This document shows positions 26,381 through 39,921 of a stretch of 64,000 nt of DNA, piece after piece. The notes under the pieces were generated by a model. The model did no database searches. It was not told the origin of the DNA and was given only the letters and a program-made list of their open reading frames with translations. The DNA is from Octopus vulgaris (lineage: Eukaryota): positions 76,260,001 through 76,324,000 of the forward strand of contig OX597828.1 in NCBI GenBank assembly GCA_951406725.2. Reading direction: 5' to 3'. The translations under genes and the position numbers were made by a program. The stretch's first letter is position 1; each line of letters opens with the position of its first letter.

Positions 26381-27159
26381 TATATATATATATATATATA
26401 TATATAAACACACATAAATATATTATATATACAGACACACATATATACATGTATACAGTATGTATATACGTTATGTACATTCATGTTTAAGCACAAACGC
26501 GCGCGCGTATACACATGCGCATATATTTGTCTGCATGCGTATGTACATGTATGTGTGTGTGTGTGTGTGTGTGTTTATACGTCACCTTATTTCTTGCGTT
26601 TCTCAAGAAATGTGTTGAGAAGGAAGGCAGACGTTTTCGGAAATCTCCTTCAACGTGATTCTATGAACAGATATGAAACTATTGATAACGTTTGTAAAAC
26701 ACTCAACAGCAGTAACATTAACAACAACAACAATTATTATAGCAATAACAACCACAACAGCCACAGTGACACGATCTGCAATAATCACAACAATATAAAC
26801 AAAATCTAAAACCCGAACAACAATAACAACAACTATTATTATTATAGACCCCCAAAACAAGATGAGATGAAGAAAATCGACAACAACAACAAGGAGAGAA
26901 GCGACAGCAACAGGAGATGGAAGCATCTTGTAAATTGAGTTATGTTAAACAAGTTCGCTTGTATATATTGTATATAATGGAGAGGAGAGCGAAAAACACA
27001 CACATCGATGTGCCTAGCTTCAAATATTAGCATTAGAAACGTGTCTTGTGTTTATAATTTCTGCAGAAAATATGAACAAGTTCGATCTGGAATTTTATAG
27101 TTCTGGCCAATGTTGGATATTACTCGAGTTTTTAAGTTCAGCCAATAACAGAGACCCTG

Positions 27160-27465
27160 TGTCTGGTCAACAGAGCTGCAAGAAATAACAACTAAATCTA
27201 TCTGCAATAACTCCAGCATTTGCAGGCTATGTTTGGTTGTCCTGAAGTTTTCAAGAGTTGCTGTTCAGCCGATGGGAGCTTGCAGATGGGCAACAGAGAT
27301 GCTAGAAATAGCAATTATATCAATCTTAAATCATGTGTGGGCAATGATTGTTTTTATTCATGTTTTATTCATGTTTTCAGATTGCTATTCAGTTAACGAC
27401 AGAGGCTGCATATGGTTAATAGAGATGCTAGAAATAGCAGCCAAATCTATTTAGAATCACTCTCA
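27160..27465 (+). repeat. Three reiterated fragments of an interspersed repeat (GCTAGAAATAGCAGCCAAATC motif)
   Basis: Motif recurs near 27170, 27295 and 27420; weaker related copies near 20270 (-), 21130 and 31870. Confidence 0.5.
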
Positions 27466-27782
27466 TTCTCTTTACATATTAAGAGAATGCTTACATGAAA
27501 TATGTTTGCTGTTATTATAGGGTATGTATGCATTTGTCCTGTGTCTGTATCATTCTGTGTGTCGGTATTAGCATCTCTTTTTATGTTTACAACGGTTTAA
27601 AGGTAATTTTTGTATATATCCTGATATTTTACGTGTCGAAATCAAGCTGTTCGAAAAATAAATATAAAAAAAACTGGTACCAGACTGAAATAAATAATGG
27701 GGCCAATATGAACTTATAAAGGAATCGACGCTTCAGCATGTCTACAACTGTTAATATAATAATTTATGTGAGTGTGCTTATT

Positions 27783-27981
27783 CGAGGGTGTACTGAGAAT
27801 TTTCTGGTTCTAGGGTACCGCTAAAAGCCTGGCTGGAAGCATTTTACAGGCCTTAGATAAATTAAAGGACCGCTACAATGTGTGTGGATCTGAGAGAGGA
27901 ATTTTCTAAATAATATCATAATCAACTGACGCTCCCGTATTTCCTTTACCCAAATTCAAGAACTTCTTCCTCAGCCCCTCG
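27783..27981 (+). mobile_element. Internally deleted mariner-type element
   Basis: Imperfect TIRs CGAGGGTGTACTGAGAATTTTCT / AGAACTTCTTCCTCAGCCCCTCG|TA; remnant GLDKLKDRYN resembles a mariner C-terminus. Confidence 0.6.
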
Positions 27982-28754
27982 TATTCACTTATTTAGATGC
28001 GAAACCAAATGATTTTAATATCATATGTGTAGAATACAAAAAAGTAAAACTGGTGTTTATGTAAGACTTACATTATATTAAATTTTGTGACGGAACAAAA
28101 TGCTGGAGACTTGCAAATTTGCTAAAACGCATGAGCTGTTAATTAATGCTTTGTTTAATTATTTCCGTCTCTAATTAGTTGCACCGATGACTTCCTTCAC
28201 AGATGAGTAACCTTGCCGCTCGCGTATAAGTACTGCGTCTATATCTGGCAACAAGAAAGTGCACACCTTAAAATTGGCATCAAATCAGTACTTAGTAAAC
28301 ACAGAATTTTGAATATTTTCTTGGCTCTAACTCAACAATTATATGCACTTAAAGACATATATTTACTGGTATGTTATTATTCTTCCCGCACCCTCGCATG
28401 CTCATTCTCCCAAAACTCTCTCTCACACACTCCTATATACACACATACACTCGTACATAATAGCAAATAAATAGTTGGCGATTACATCTTTATCAGAAAA
28501 AAAGACATATTTAGTTTGTTGTAATATTATATCTATATTACGATCCATAAAAAATAAACTACAGAATGGAAGAGAGGCTGATTTCTCTTGACTTCTAGAC
28601 TTCCTACCCTCCTATTAGTTTCTCTGTAATCAATAGTAAATGGTTTCCGGGCAGACTGCGTATGGTCTCTCCCTCTCTCTCTCTCTTCCTTTCTCTCTCT
28701 CCTTCTCCCTCTCTTCCTTTCTTTCTCCCTTACTCTCTCTCTCTCTTCATTTCA

Positions 28755-28814
<60 letters not shown>

Positions 28815-28865
28815 GTCTGTCTGTCTGTCTGTCTCTCTGACTGTCTGTACGTGTGTGTGTGTGTG

Positions 28866-28929
<64 letters not shown>

Positions 28930-28994
28930 CATACATATATATATGTATGTGTGTGCGTGTGTGTGTATGTGTGTATGCATTATAGAGGTTTGTA

Positions 28995-29205
28995 TCTTTG
29001 TGGTAAGTGTGTTGTGCTCATGATAGTAAGATTATAGTTTCGATTCCCAGACCAAGCCATGCGTTGTTCTCATGAGCAAAACACTGAGTTTCCCGTTGCT
29101 CCAGTATAGTCAGTTGGCAAAACTGCGTAACCCTGCAACGAGAAGGGCATCCCACCCAGGAAGAGAATATATATAAGGCACAGTTTCGAAGAACATACAA
29201 CTCGG
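28995..29205 (+). mobile_element. Degenerate tRNA-derived SINE related to 63148-63400
   Basis: gtttcgattcccagacc...gttctcatgagcaaaacact...gttgctccagt...ccctgcaacg. Confidence 0.6.
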
Positions 29206-29261
29206 GAAGGATGTGTCTGTCTGTTTGCCTCTCCGTTTCTCTGTCTCTGTCACTCACATTC

Positions 29262-29390
29262 CACTCACAAAGGCTTTGATCATCCCCATGCTATAGTAGA
29301 AGATGCTCGCCAAACGTGCCACGCAGTGGGACTGAACCCGGAAACATGCGTTTAGAAAAGCAAGCTTCTTACCACGCAGCACTCCTGAGC
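29262..29390 (-). mobile_element. 5' part of the 15515 SINE family
   Basis: gtgccacgcagtgggactgaacccggaa...cttaccacgcagc is the reverse complement of the SINE head. Confidence 0.75.
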
Positions 29391-29594
29391 TATATATGAT
29401 ATATCAAATATTATAAATGTATTTCATATATGATATGTTTGTCTGGATGTGTGTGTGTTGTTTCTTTCTCTGTTTGTTTCTGTTGAAGTGGGTAGGCTCG
29501 AAACGTTGAAGACGTTTCACTTCCCGAGCGTTAAACTAATGCATCTGCTTGTAGTCTACACTACCTGTCTTCGTCTTTTGTTTTTGTGAATTCT

Positions 29595-29651
<57 letters not shown>

Positions 29652-30208
29652 GGAGAATTCACAAAAACAATATATATATACTACCGCAGAGTATTTCTTT
29701 CAACGATATGTGTGTGCGCGCGTGTTCGAGTATGTCTATGTCTAACGATCAATTTAATATACACGCAAAATGGGTTATGATTTCCCCTGTCCCCTGCTCT
29801 TCTATCTTCTCCATTTCTTTGAAGTATATGTTGTCATAATCATCTTCAGAAACAAACGATGAAAAAACATTAGCAAAGTTTTATTTTTTTTCTTGAATAA
29901 GAGTTTTAGCCATCATTATGTGAATGTCTCCCAGTTTTTTTTTCTTCTCGAATTCTCACCGGAGAGATAGAAATGGATTTCCTGACTAGGAACGAGGTGT
30001 TTCACTGAAAATTAGCCACAAACAGGGTAATCCTGTATGTATGTATGCATGTATGTATGTATGTATGTTTTGCTTTAAGTATGTGTTCTCATGCATCTAG
30101 TGGCCTATGTAGACATGCTCATATATATTTAAATGATAAGGTTTTACAGATTTTTACAGTTCCAGTGATGTATCGGATGTATGTACGTATGTGTGCGTGT
30201 ATGTATGT

Positions 30209-30810
30209 AAGGGTCCTTGAACGCTTTCATCAGAGATGTCTCAGAAACATTCTAAATGTTGGCTGCACCTTAAAAACTCCAGACACACAGGCCCTGAGGA
30301 CAGCTGATAACTTGAGTTTTGAGGCGATGGTGCACAAATACCGATTACGTTGGACTGGACCCATTATTAGAATGAAGGATAGCAGGATCCCTAAGCTGAT
30401 GCTATATGGGGAACTTGTGAATGGAAAGAGAACCCGGCAGAAACCAAGGCTGCGATTTAAAGTCTGTGTCAAGTCCTCATTAAAGGCCTGTGATATGCAG
30501 GAGGCCGACTGGGAAAGCAATGCTTATCATCGCCACAAACAGAGCAAACAGGTTAAGGAGGGGGTTGACACTTTTGAGAGAGCACATATTCAGCATGAAG
30601 AACTTAAGCATGCTACTCAAAAGCGCACGGCTGGTTGAGTGAATGGGAAAATCTTGGTCTGCAATGTTTGCAGTCGTGTATGCTTGTCAAGAGCAGGGAT
30701 CATTAGCCAACAACGGAGCCGCAAATGCAAAATATAAGTTAGTCCTAGAGCGCACAAAGTTCCTGAAGATTAGCAATGGTCTTACTCGGTCACGAGTGGA
30801 CAGCCATCAT
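30209..30810 (+). mobile_element. 3' fragment of an RTE-clade LINE inserted in (TATG)n
   Basis: LERFHQRCLRNIL...RLRWTGPIIRMKDSRIPKLMLYGELVNGKRTRQKPRLRFK...WE, followed after a stop by the C-terminal motif CNVCSRVCLSRAG. Confidence 0.9.
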
Positions 30811-31468
30811 GTATGTATGTGTATGTATGTATGTGTATGTGTTTTTGTATGTATGTATTTTTGTATGTATTTAGATAGGTAGGTACGTACGTACGTACGA
30901 AGATAGGCTTATACGTGAGTAAATAGTTAGGTACGTTGGTAGATAGTTTGGTAGACATGATGGTGAGATTGGATGAAGCACCCATATAAGCTGTGCCATA
31001 GACTGCCCGAAGTGTTTCAAAAACACCTCACATTATTTGTTTCTTGAGCCGTTTTGGAAGTGCAATCACATGAGCTTTGTCTGTTAGTCTGGGGTAACAC
31101 TGATTAACGGATTTTTGGCTTGAAGGCGTGTCTGGAATCACATCCTAACTATCTTCATCTTAATGAACATGACTGGGCGGTCTGTGACAAATAATTCAAC
31201 AGAATGGGCCATCTTTGTCACAAAAGAGCATAAATGAGCAATCCTCTTTCGTTTAATTCTTTCTTTCTTTCTTTCATACATTCCATATTTAATGATATAA
31301 TCTATTTACTTTTCTGCTGCAAGAATATCGACAGATAAATATGACGGAGAAACTATATTTACGTGTTTGTATATCCATACGTAAATACACAAAAGTGTTG
31401 TGTGTATGTACATGCGCATCTGTATGTGTGTATGTATACGTATGTATGTATGTATGTATGTATGTATG

Positions 31469-31499
<31 letters not shown>

Positions 31500-32643
31500 G
31501 TACGTGCGTATACACACATATTCATGTTTTCGATCAAGAGATGTCAAGTAGGTAAACAACAATTATGTAATATAATAAATGTTGAATATAAGATATTGTA
31601 TTGAAGACAGAGTCAATTGTTGATAAGGACCCAGCTACTTCATGAATCGTCTGCAATTATAATGTCGTCGCCATTTTCATGTAACTGTAGATTTGACAAT
31701 TGTGAATGGCGGCTCATCTCATCTAACAGCTAGTATAAACCAAGAAGGAGAACTGTTTATAGAGGTGATAAATAATAGAAATTTAAAGCCGATGGAATGT
31801 TGATTTCACAAACGACTGCAGTTATGACAGTGAATTACGAGCTGAGAACGACATCTCTGTGTGATCGGTAGACTTGCAGGGTATGACAACCGATATTCCC
31901 TCAAATCGCACACTACTCTCTGAAATAAAAAAGCATTCATTGCGCAATGTGGAACCTAATACACAAGAATGACAGATGATCACGCCTGGGACATTTTTTT
32001 AGTACAGTTGCACAGAATAACCACTCCTGCAACTAAACTACGACAGCAAAATCGAATTGCGTTTGAGAATTACGTATGTCGATGTGGGAAAGACTCCTGA
32101 ATCATGGCCACCGAATACAACATCTCACTCGTACAATTGAGGGACACATGAATATGATTGTAGTGCAAGCTACACTATGTCAAAGTAAAGTAAGAAGGTT
32201 CAGTGTCAGCTGGCCTTACTTCGACGTTTTCATGCAAAATGACTCAAACAAGAATTTTAATTTGGATGAATGGCCGAATATTCCACTGTGAACATTCCAT
32301 AGGGAATTCTTGACTTTTATAAACAGTGGACAGACCGACGGAGAGAATGTTTTGTGATATATATTTCAGCTCTGTTAGGGTTCAAAACGTGAAGTCATAC
32401 ACTGGAACGGTAAATTGGTGCAACTGTTGAGCCGAACGAAATGTGTTGTAACGTGCTTTCCGGGTCTGTGTATTCTCTCTCATAATTCTGCGTAGGGATT
32501 CATAATCCTTTCGATGATCATATCATTTCCCTTTCACAGCCGGCAGGTATCAAGGTGGAGCATGGCACACTAAGGAACCAGTATCCTCGTGGACTATATA
32601 GAACTTCCATGGTCCAAAACAACGTTGTGCCATGAAATCCGTT

Positions 32644-32914
32644 GGCGGAATTTGAACTCAGAACGTAAAGACAGACGAAATACTTATTTCTTTACTACCC
32701 ACAAAGGGCTAAACATAGAGGGGACAAACATGGGCAGACAAAGGGATTAAGTCGATTATATCGACCCCAGTGCGTAACTGCTGCTTATTCAGTCGACTCC
32801 GAAAGGATGAAAGGCAAAGTCGACCTCGGCGGAATTTGAATTCAGAACGTAACCGCAGACGAGATACCGCTAAGCATTTCACTCGGCGTGTCAACGTTAG
32901 TGCCAGTTCGCTGC
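32644..32914 (-). mobile_element. Copy of the 9939 SINE family
   Basis: Reverse complement closely matches 9939-10210. Confidence 0.88.
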
Positions 32915-33221
32915 GTTATATAATAATCTTGACCACGACAGCTTCTTGCATGGAATCTTACAGGAGTTTTAAGGCTCCCATGAAGCTATTGCAAACATTT
33001 TAGATCGAAAGTTTAAAGACGCAGCCAATGTTTCATAAGCATTTATCATTGAGGTATTTCTCTAATGGGAGCTGTCTTAACATTGCAGTTCGTTTCCCTA
33101 CTCCTGGGTCTCGATTTCAGTTTTTATGACCTAGAACACGTTGAAAGTGTCTTCTGTCACATACCTCCGATTTTGAGTTCAACTAAATTGACCGAAAATA
33201 CTCTTCTGCTAAGCGTTGTAA

Positions 33222-33536
33222 ATGGTGAACCTACCCAAAACCCGGCGGATCTACTGCAAAGGTAAAAAATACTGGTAACACTCTTCACGAGATTTCACAG
33301 TACAAAGCTGGTAAAGCCTCGTTATATGCCCAAGGCAAGAAACGTTATGATAGAAAGCAAAGAGGTTAAGTGATCAAGCCAAACCTATCTTTCACAAAAA
33401 GGCCAAGATCACCATGAAAATTGTCCTTCGAATTTAGTGTACAGAATGTAATTATAGGAAACGCCTGCCAATTAAACGGTGTAAGCACTTCGCGCTTGGG
33501 GGTGACAAGAAGATGGGACAGATGATTCAGTTTTAA
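33222..33536 (+). pseudogene. RPL36A: Processed pseudogene of 60S ribosomal protein L36a (eL42/L44)
   Basis: [16 protein letters not shown]...[23 protein letters not shown]...[49 protein letters not shown] with stops and frameshifts. Intronless; pyrimidine start CTCTTC at 33201; AATAAA at 33550; A-rich tail; TSD 13/15 identical. Confidence 0.95.
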
Positions 33537-33662
33537 AGTGCTTCTTAGGAATAAATGTGAAAGAGAGAAAAAAATAACTTGACGGAAAAGGTGTAGAAAC
33601 CAATCGAAGGCACATTCCTATACTGAAATGCCACACTTTAAACTGTTGCCATGCTTGACACT

Positions 33663-33838
33663 AGTCCGTAACAAGGTCTTTAGAAGTCTGTAACAAGGTC
33701 TTTAGAAGTCCGTAACAAGGTCTTTAGAAGTCCGTAACAAGGTCTTTAGAAGTCCGTAACAAGGTCTTTAGAAGTCTGTAACAAGGTCTTTAGAAGTCCG
33801 TAACAAGGTCTTTAGAAGTCCGTAACAAGGTCTTTAGA
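33663..33838. repeat. 22-bp minisatellite x8 (AGTCYGTAACAAGGTCTTTAGA)
   Basis: Eight head-to-tail copies with no spacers; T variant in copies 2 and 6. Confidence 0.97.
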
Positions 33839-35149
33839 AGGGCCTATCCTACTGCGAAGACTTGTAAGATACTGGAAGATGTTTGCTTTTTTGCTGACGC
33901 TATCAGAACCAATAAAATATCGTTAGCATTTATCATCTCCTCCAGAGATTCTTGGTTGATTAGAAATTGTGGACCATCCACCAAATTCCTGTGAAGATTA
34001 AACAAATGAAGTGCCAGGACTTAAAGAATTATGAAACATCTAAAGAGTTGACCAACCTGCAAAAAGAGTGGTGGACTCTTGAATCTCCTTTGAATTGTAT
34101 CTTAACAGAAGAACAGATTATAATGTAGCCCCAGAGACAATATTACTGAATGAAAAAAAAAAGTTAGTGTGCCTTTGATCTATGATGCTCGATAGGGTTT
34201 GACCTGGGGTTAAAGAACAACGATATATAAAGATTATGAGATTTTGAAATAATTATAAAAGGAAGAGAGACGCGGGAAACGAAGAGGGGACAGTTGAAAG
34301 TAAAAGGGTTTCTGTCACGTGTTACATACACCCACACATTTACGTAATAATAAAAAAAACAGAAATCACTTATACACACACACACACCAAGAGACACGCA
34401 CGCATTTATACACACCGGTGCGTAGACACACTTATACACTCATGTACACACGAACACACGTAGTCTTGGGTTCACTGACACACTCATTCATTCACACAAA
34501 TACACCGCATACGCAAACACACAAGCGCTCATTTTCACATTCACTCAACCTGTTCAAACTCACATACACGCACAAACACACGCACACACATACAGTGACG
34601 CATATGTACACACTCGTTCACAAACCCACACAAATTTATACACACATTCATTCACATTCACACTCATTCACATACACGCATCCATACATATATAAATATA
34701 TACAGATATATATACATATATAAATACATACATACATACGTACACGCACACACACACATATATATATATATGCATACATACATACACATATAACCACTCA
34801 TTTTCCCATTCAGTCATATGTTCACGCACTCTGTTATACATATACATACACAAACATTCACACACACCCACGCACACGCGCACACGCACCCTTCTGACCT
34901 GCCGCCATTTATTCCGCTCCCCATTGCCACCAACGCTGTTGTCTCTGCAACAAAAACGACGACCAACGAATTCATTGCCGATGCAAACAATGATACAAAA
35001 GGAACATCCCTGTTATTAGTGACGATTAACGATGGTGAGGCCCTCTAGTGGCTGGTTTGGACGTCGTGGGGGTTAGGACGGTGGCTACAGTGATGGCGCT
35101 GGTGCTGCTTGTGTTACAGCTATCGTGGTAGTATTACAAATATCGATGT

Positions 35150-35355
35150 GGCAGTTGTGGTGGTAGTGGCGGTTGTAGGCTCGATGGTTCCTGGTGGTGA
35201 TAGTGGTGACTGTTTTTGGTGGTGGTGGTCATGGTAGTGTTGATGCTGATGTGTGTGGGAGGAGAATTGGCGATGATAGCGGCACAGGTGGTGGCGGCGG
35301 CAGCAGTGGTGGTGGTGGTGGTGGTGGTGGTAGTGTTAATGATTGTGCTGCTAGC

Positions 35356-35388
<33 letters not shown>

Positions 35389-35585
35389 AATGGCTGTGCT
35401 GGTACTAATAATGGTGGTTGTGATGGTGAAGACGACTGTGGTGATCGTTGTGAAGCTTTAGTGTTGCTGATGTGGTGGTGGTGGTGGTGGTGGAGGTTGT
35501 GGTGGTGGTGGTGGTGGTGTTGGTGGTGGAGGTGATGGTATTGGCGGTGTCGGTGGTGGAGGTGGTGGTGTTTTGTGGTGGGTTC
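35150..35585. repeat. (GGT)n-rich low-complexity tract
   Basis: ggtggt/gtt/gat runs. Confidence 0.85.
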
Positions 35586-35779
35586 ATTAGCCAGTGTAAT
35601 GGTGTCAATCGCGTGATGTCGTCCATCGAAGCTAATCCTGTTAATGTGATCATAAATACAACTTTAAAATTGTTTCCCCCAACGCTTTCATACCAACACA
35701 CACACACGTGATATAGGAGGGGGTGTAGCGAAAACAATATAGTGAGAGGGAAAGAGGGAAAAGGGGAGGAGGGGGGAGA

Positions 35780-35815
<36 letters not shown>

Positions 35816-35989
35816 GGAATTAAAAGAACAAGGGACATTAAAAGTAAAAGACTGTCCTGGAATCGCACACAAACCCCTACCATCGGATCCCTCACTCACG
35901 GTCTCAAACACATGCATACAGGCACACCCATAACATAATGTTACTCACACACACACGCACACACATACACACACGTACATATACGCATA

Positions 35990-36400
35990 CACACACATTA
36001 ACGCACTGAAAAATAAACGACATATATACATACTCACAAGAACTCACACACGCATACGCAATGGCATTCTTACACACACTCATCCAAACGCTCACAAAAC
36101 ACACACACAAACACACACGCACAGATACACACGCATACATACACACTCTGATAATTAAACAATATATACATACAAGAACTAACACAAGCATACGCAATGG
36201 GATTCTTACACACACACCCAAACGCTCACAAAATCACACACATTAACACGCACACACACACACGCACATATACACACGCATACAAACACATACATACACA
36301 CTCTGATAATTAAACAACATATATACATACTCACAAGAATTCACACACGCATGCGCAATGGCATTCTTAGACACACACCTAAATGCTCGGAGAACACACC
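35990..36400. repeat. Degenerate tandem triplication within CA-rich DNA
   Basis: CAAGAA(C/T)T...CGCAATGG(C/G)ATTCTTA recurs near 36035, 36172 and 36333. Confidence 0.7.
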
Positions 36401-37382
36401 TACAAACAAACAAAGAAACAAACATACACTTATATAACGAGATAGAGTGAATGAATTTATGAAGCGAACGGATTTGGATCTTGGAAGAGAAGGAGACAGA
36501 GGGAAGGAAGGTGGAAGTGAAAGAGAGAAAAAGGAAGGAAGATAGAGCGAAAGGCAAGAAGGGTAAGCATGGAAGAGAAAGAGAGAGAGTGAAAGAGGGA
36601 GATGTAGAATGGGCAGGCGTAGGAAGAGATTAAAATGAAAGAAATAGAAAGAGAGAAAGAAGGAAGGAAAGGGAGTGGGGTAGGAAGAGGAAGAATGAGA
36701 GATTCAAAAGACACGGAAGAAATATGAAAGAGATAATGAAGGATTTGCGACTAGGGGAAAGGATGTTTATAGAATGTCTTAATCGATAGAAGACTGGCCT
36801 TGGATGGTCAGCGAAGGAATCGACCAGACACTTGGTTACAGATCTGATCGATGTGGGCCGACCTGGGGCTAAACTGCCTCAACAACCACAGCAACACCAA
36901 GAAGAAGAAGAGGAACAGCAACAACGACAAAGGAAGCGCTTAGGGCATATAGGAAATAGTTAGACAAATCTGAGAAGATACTGAACAGGGAATTGAGTGC
37001 GTGAGAGTGAGAGTGAGTGAGGGTGTGAGTGAGGGTGTGAGTGCATGTGGGTGGGTGTGAGTGTGGATGTGAGTAAGGGTGTGTGTGTGTGAGGGCGTGA
37101 GTGAATGTTGGTGTGAGTGAGTGTGGTGTGATTGAGTAAAGGGGTGACCGAGGATGTGTGTGAGTCTGGTTGCTCCCTACATCAGCCAGAAAGAAACACC
37201 GAATCACCATCAAATGGCACCACACCACCATAAAAGCCGAAGGACATATTAGATATTGTAGTCTAGCAAACACTTTAAAAGGACGCTTCAATTATGGTCA
37301 GAATGCCATTGATCAAATTCTTGGGCTGCAACAGCAAGAACAGCAACACTTCTGTTACACACATAAATATTTAGTAGACTCA

Positions 37383-37783
37383 GACGGTGAGCTGGCAGAA
37401 ACGGTAGCACGCCGGGCGAAATGCTTTGCGGTATTTCGTCAGCCGTTATGTTCTGAGTTCAAATTCCGCCGAGGTCGACTTTACTTTTCATCCTTTCGGG
37501 GTCGATTAAATAAGTACCAGTTACGCACTGGGGTCGATGTAATCGACTTAATCCGTGTGACTGTCCTTGTTTGTCCCCTCTGTGTTTAGCTCCTTGTGGG
37601 TAGTAAAGAAATAGGTATTTGGTTTGTCATTACGTTCTGAGTTCAAATTCCTCCGAGGTCGACTTTGCCTTTCATCCTTTTCAGATCGGTTAATCAAGTA
37701 CCACTTGCGTACTGTGTTCGATCGAATCGCCTGGCGCCCTCCCCCAAAATTTCGGGCCTTGTGCCTAGAGTAGAAAAGAACAT
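37383..37783 (+). mobile_element. Dimeric SINE, copy of the 9939 family
   Basis: GGTGAGCTGGCAGAAACGGTAGCACGCCGGGCGAAATGC head and duplicated GAGTTCAAATTCC module. Confidence 0.9.
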
Positions 37784-38439
37784 TTAAGAGACTCAAAATT
37801 ATGTTTACAAGGTTGTTGCCCACGGCGATGCAGGAAGAATCGATCCAGGATCTATGGCATTGTGAAGCGACCTTTTGTAGCACGTGATTATGAAAAGGGA
37901 GAGAGAGAGAGAAAAACAGAGGGATAGAAACGAGAAGGTAAGAAAAGTAGGTTGATTGAATGGGAGAGGAATAGAGATAAGGATAGAAAAGAACGAACGG
38001 AATAAGAAAAGAAGAAAAATAAGGGAAGAATGAATGAAATTTTTGATGATAAGAAGAAGAAATACCGAAAAGAACGAATAAGCAAGGCTCAAACCATTTT
38101 CTTTCTAAAAATGGCGACCAACGTCCATAAACGTGTTCAGGTGAAACGATGATGAATAAAATATATTTGTATTTTTTAAATAGGGATTAAATAACTAAAC
38201 TGCAAATTATGAAATAACTCTAGCACTGCATTATAATTGATTTAAAGTGAATATCCAAATTATTATGTTCATCTTTTTTTCTTTGTATTTATTTACTGCA
38301 ATGAAGATTGGTAAAAAAGAAACAGAAAAATGTTTTTACGAGAATTTATGGAAATTTTTCTCTTTTAACGGAAAACGGCTATTTTGGGAAAATGAAATAT
38401 TAATTATTAAGATTAATGTTAACATTTTTATTGAGTGAA

Positions 38440-38994
38440 TTGCGGAATTGGTAGATCATCGGATAAAGCAGAATGTAATGCTTTATTGCAAGCAGCATGT
38501 TGTAAGTTCAAATTCTTTCAACGTTCCAGGGATTTTAAAAATAAGACACCAACCAAATAGGGAAACGAATTTATTCCACTATACAAACTCTGAGAGGAAA
38601 ACATCGTTAAGATGCCGGACAAATTGCTTAATGGCATTTCTTCCGGCTTTCAGTTCCAAATTCAAATGCTGCTGGGATCGACTTTGCTAGTCATACTTTA
38701 CGAGTACTGTAGATCGACTTACCCATCTCCTAAAGTGCTGGCCTTGTGCCAAAGCTTGAAAGCATTATTATCATAATTTGGGTGGTGAGCCTCCAGCATC
38801 GCAAGCAGGCCAGATAAATGCTTAGCAGCATTTCGTTCGTCTTTTGAGTTCTGAGATCAAATTCCGCCGAAGTCGACTTTTCCTTTTATACATTTAGGGT
38901 CGATAAAATAATAGTACCAGACGAGCACTGGGGTCGATGCAATCGACTTCACGCCTTACCACTAAATCGCTGGACTCGTGACAAATTTTGAAAA

Positions 38995-38998
<4 letters not shown>
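38440..38998 (+). mobile_element. Cluster of three degenerate copies of the 9939 SINE family ending in (TTA)n
   Basis: Repeated aaatgcttagc...caaattccgccgaagtcgacttt...gggtcgataaaata modules. Confidence 0.7.
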
Positions 38999-39070
<72 letters not shown>

Positions 39071-39071
<1 letters not shown>

Positions 39072-39352
39072 GTGAGTAAGAGAGCAGTGCATGCCATCAA
39101 AGGGAAACTGGGGTAAAATATACGAAGCCTAGTATACCCATCATGACTACCCGTCTGATAAGGGTAGACCAGGCAAGGTGATATTATATCAAGATAAACA
39201 GCACATGACCTTGGAGGTGGGAGCCAGATAGAATTTTCTTCTGGTCGAGTAACCCATCCCACTCAAAAAGCCCCTGAATAAGGGTTGTTTAAGGATGTTG
39301 AACGAAACACCCATGTTTCCATAGATGAATTATTCAAACCTCAAAGAATTCC
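39071..39352 (-). mobile_element. Unclassified element ending in a (TAA)n tail on the minus strand
   Basis: Complex sequence directly abutting (TTA)n; class inferred from the tail only. Confidence 0.4.
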
Positions 39353-39356
39353 CGTT

Positions 39357-39498
39357 TTCTTCAGTTTCCGTCAACCAAATCCACTCAAAAACTTCGGTCG
39401 GCCCGAAGCTACAGCAGAGGACACTTGCCCAAGATGCCACGCAGTGGGAATGAACTCGGAACCATGTGGTTAATAAGCAAGCTACTTACCACACAGCC
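39357..39498 (-). mobile_element. 5' part of the 15515 SINE family
   Basis: ttcagtttccgtcaaccaaatccactca...gccacgcagtgggaatgaactcggaaccatgtgg...ttaccacacagcc. Confidence 0.8.
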
Positions 39499-39921
39499 GA
39501 TTTAAACTGAATAATTACTTATGGAATGGTTAAAGTGCTTGTTTTTTTCTCCCTCAAGACTCAACTGGAGCGAAATGAAAACAGCAATGAAGGCTAATTA
39601 TGAATTGAGGTGAACTCATGAAATGAGGACACTGAGGCCGCTATGTTGAAATATTAACACTCGTCATTATTTTGTCAACTCACTTGAGATCCAACGCTTC
39701 CTCTTACTCCGCCCACCGCCTTAGTCGAAAAGCATTAAAGCAATTTTAAATACCTGACACCATATGAAACACGATCAGACAGGAGCGACAACTATACACA
39801 CATACATACATACATGCATACATACATACATACACACATACATACATACATGCATACATACATACATACATACATACATACATACATACATACATACATA
39901 CATACATACATACATACATAC

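Noticed and set aside
33663-33838. CRISPR-like array
   Set aside because: Repeats are head-to-tail with no unique spacers, no cas genes are present, and the context is eukaryotic.
35194-35535. Gly/Cys-rich ORF resembling a structural protein
   Set aside because: It derives from degenerate (GGT)n DNA that is open in several frames and ends in poly-Trp.
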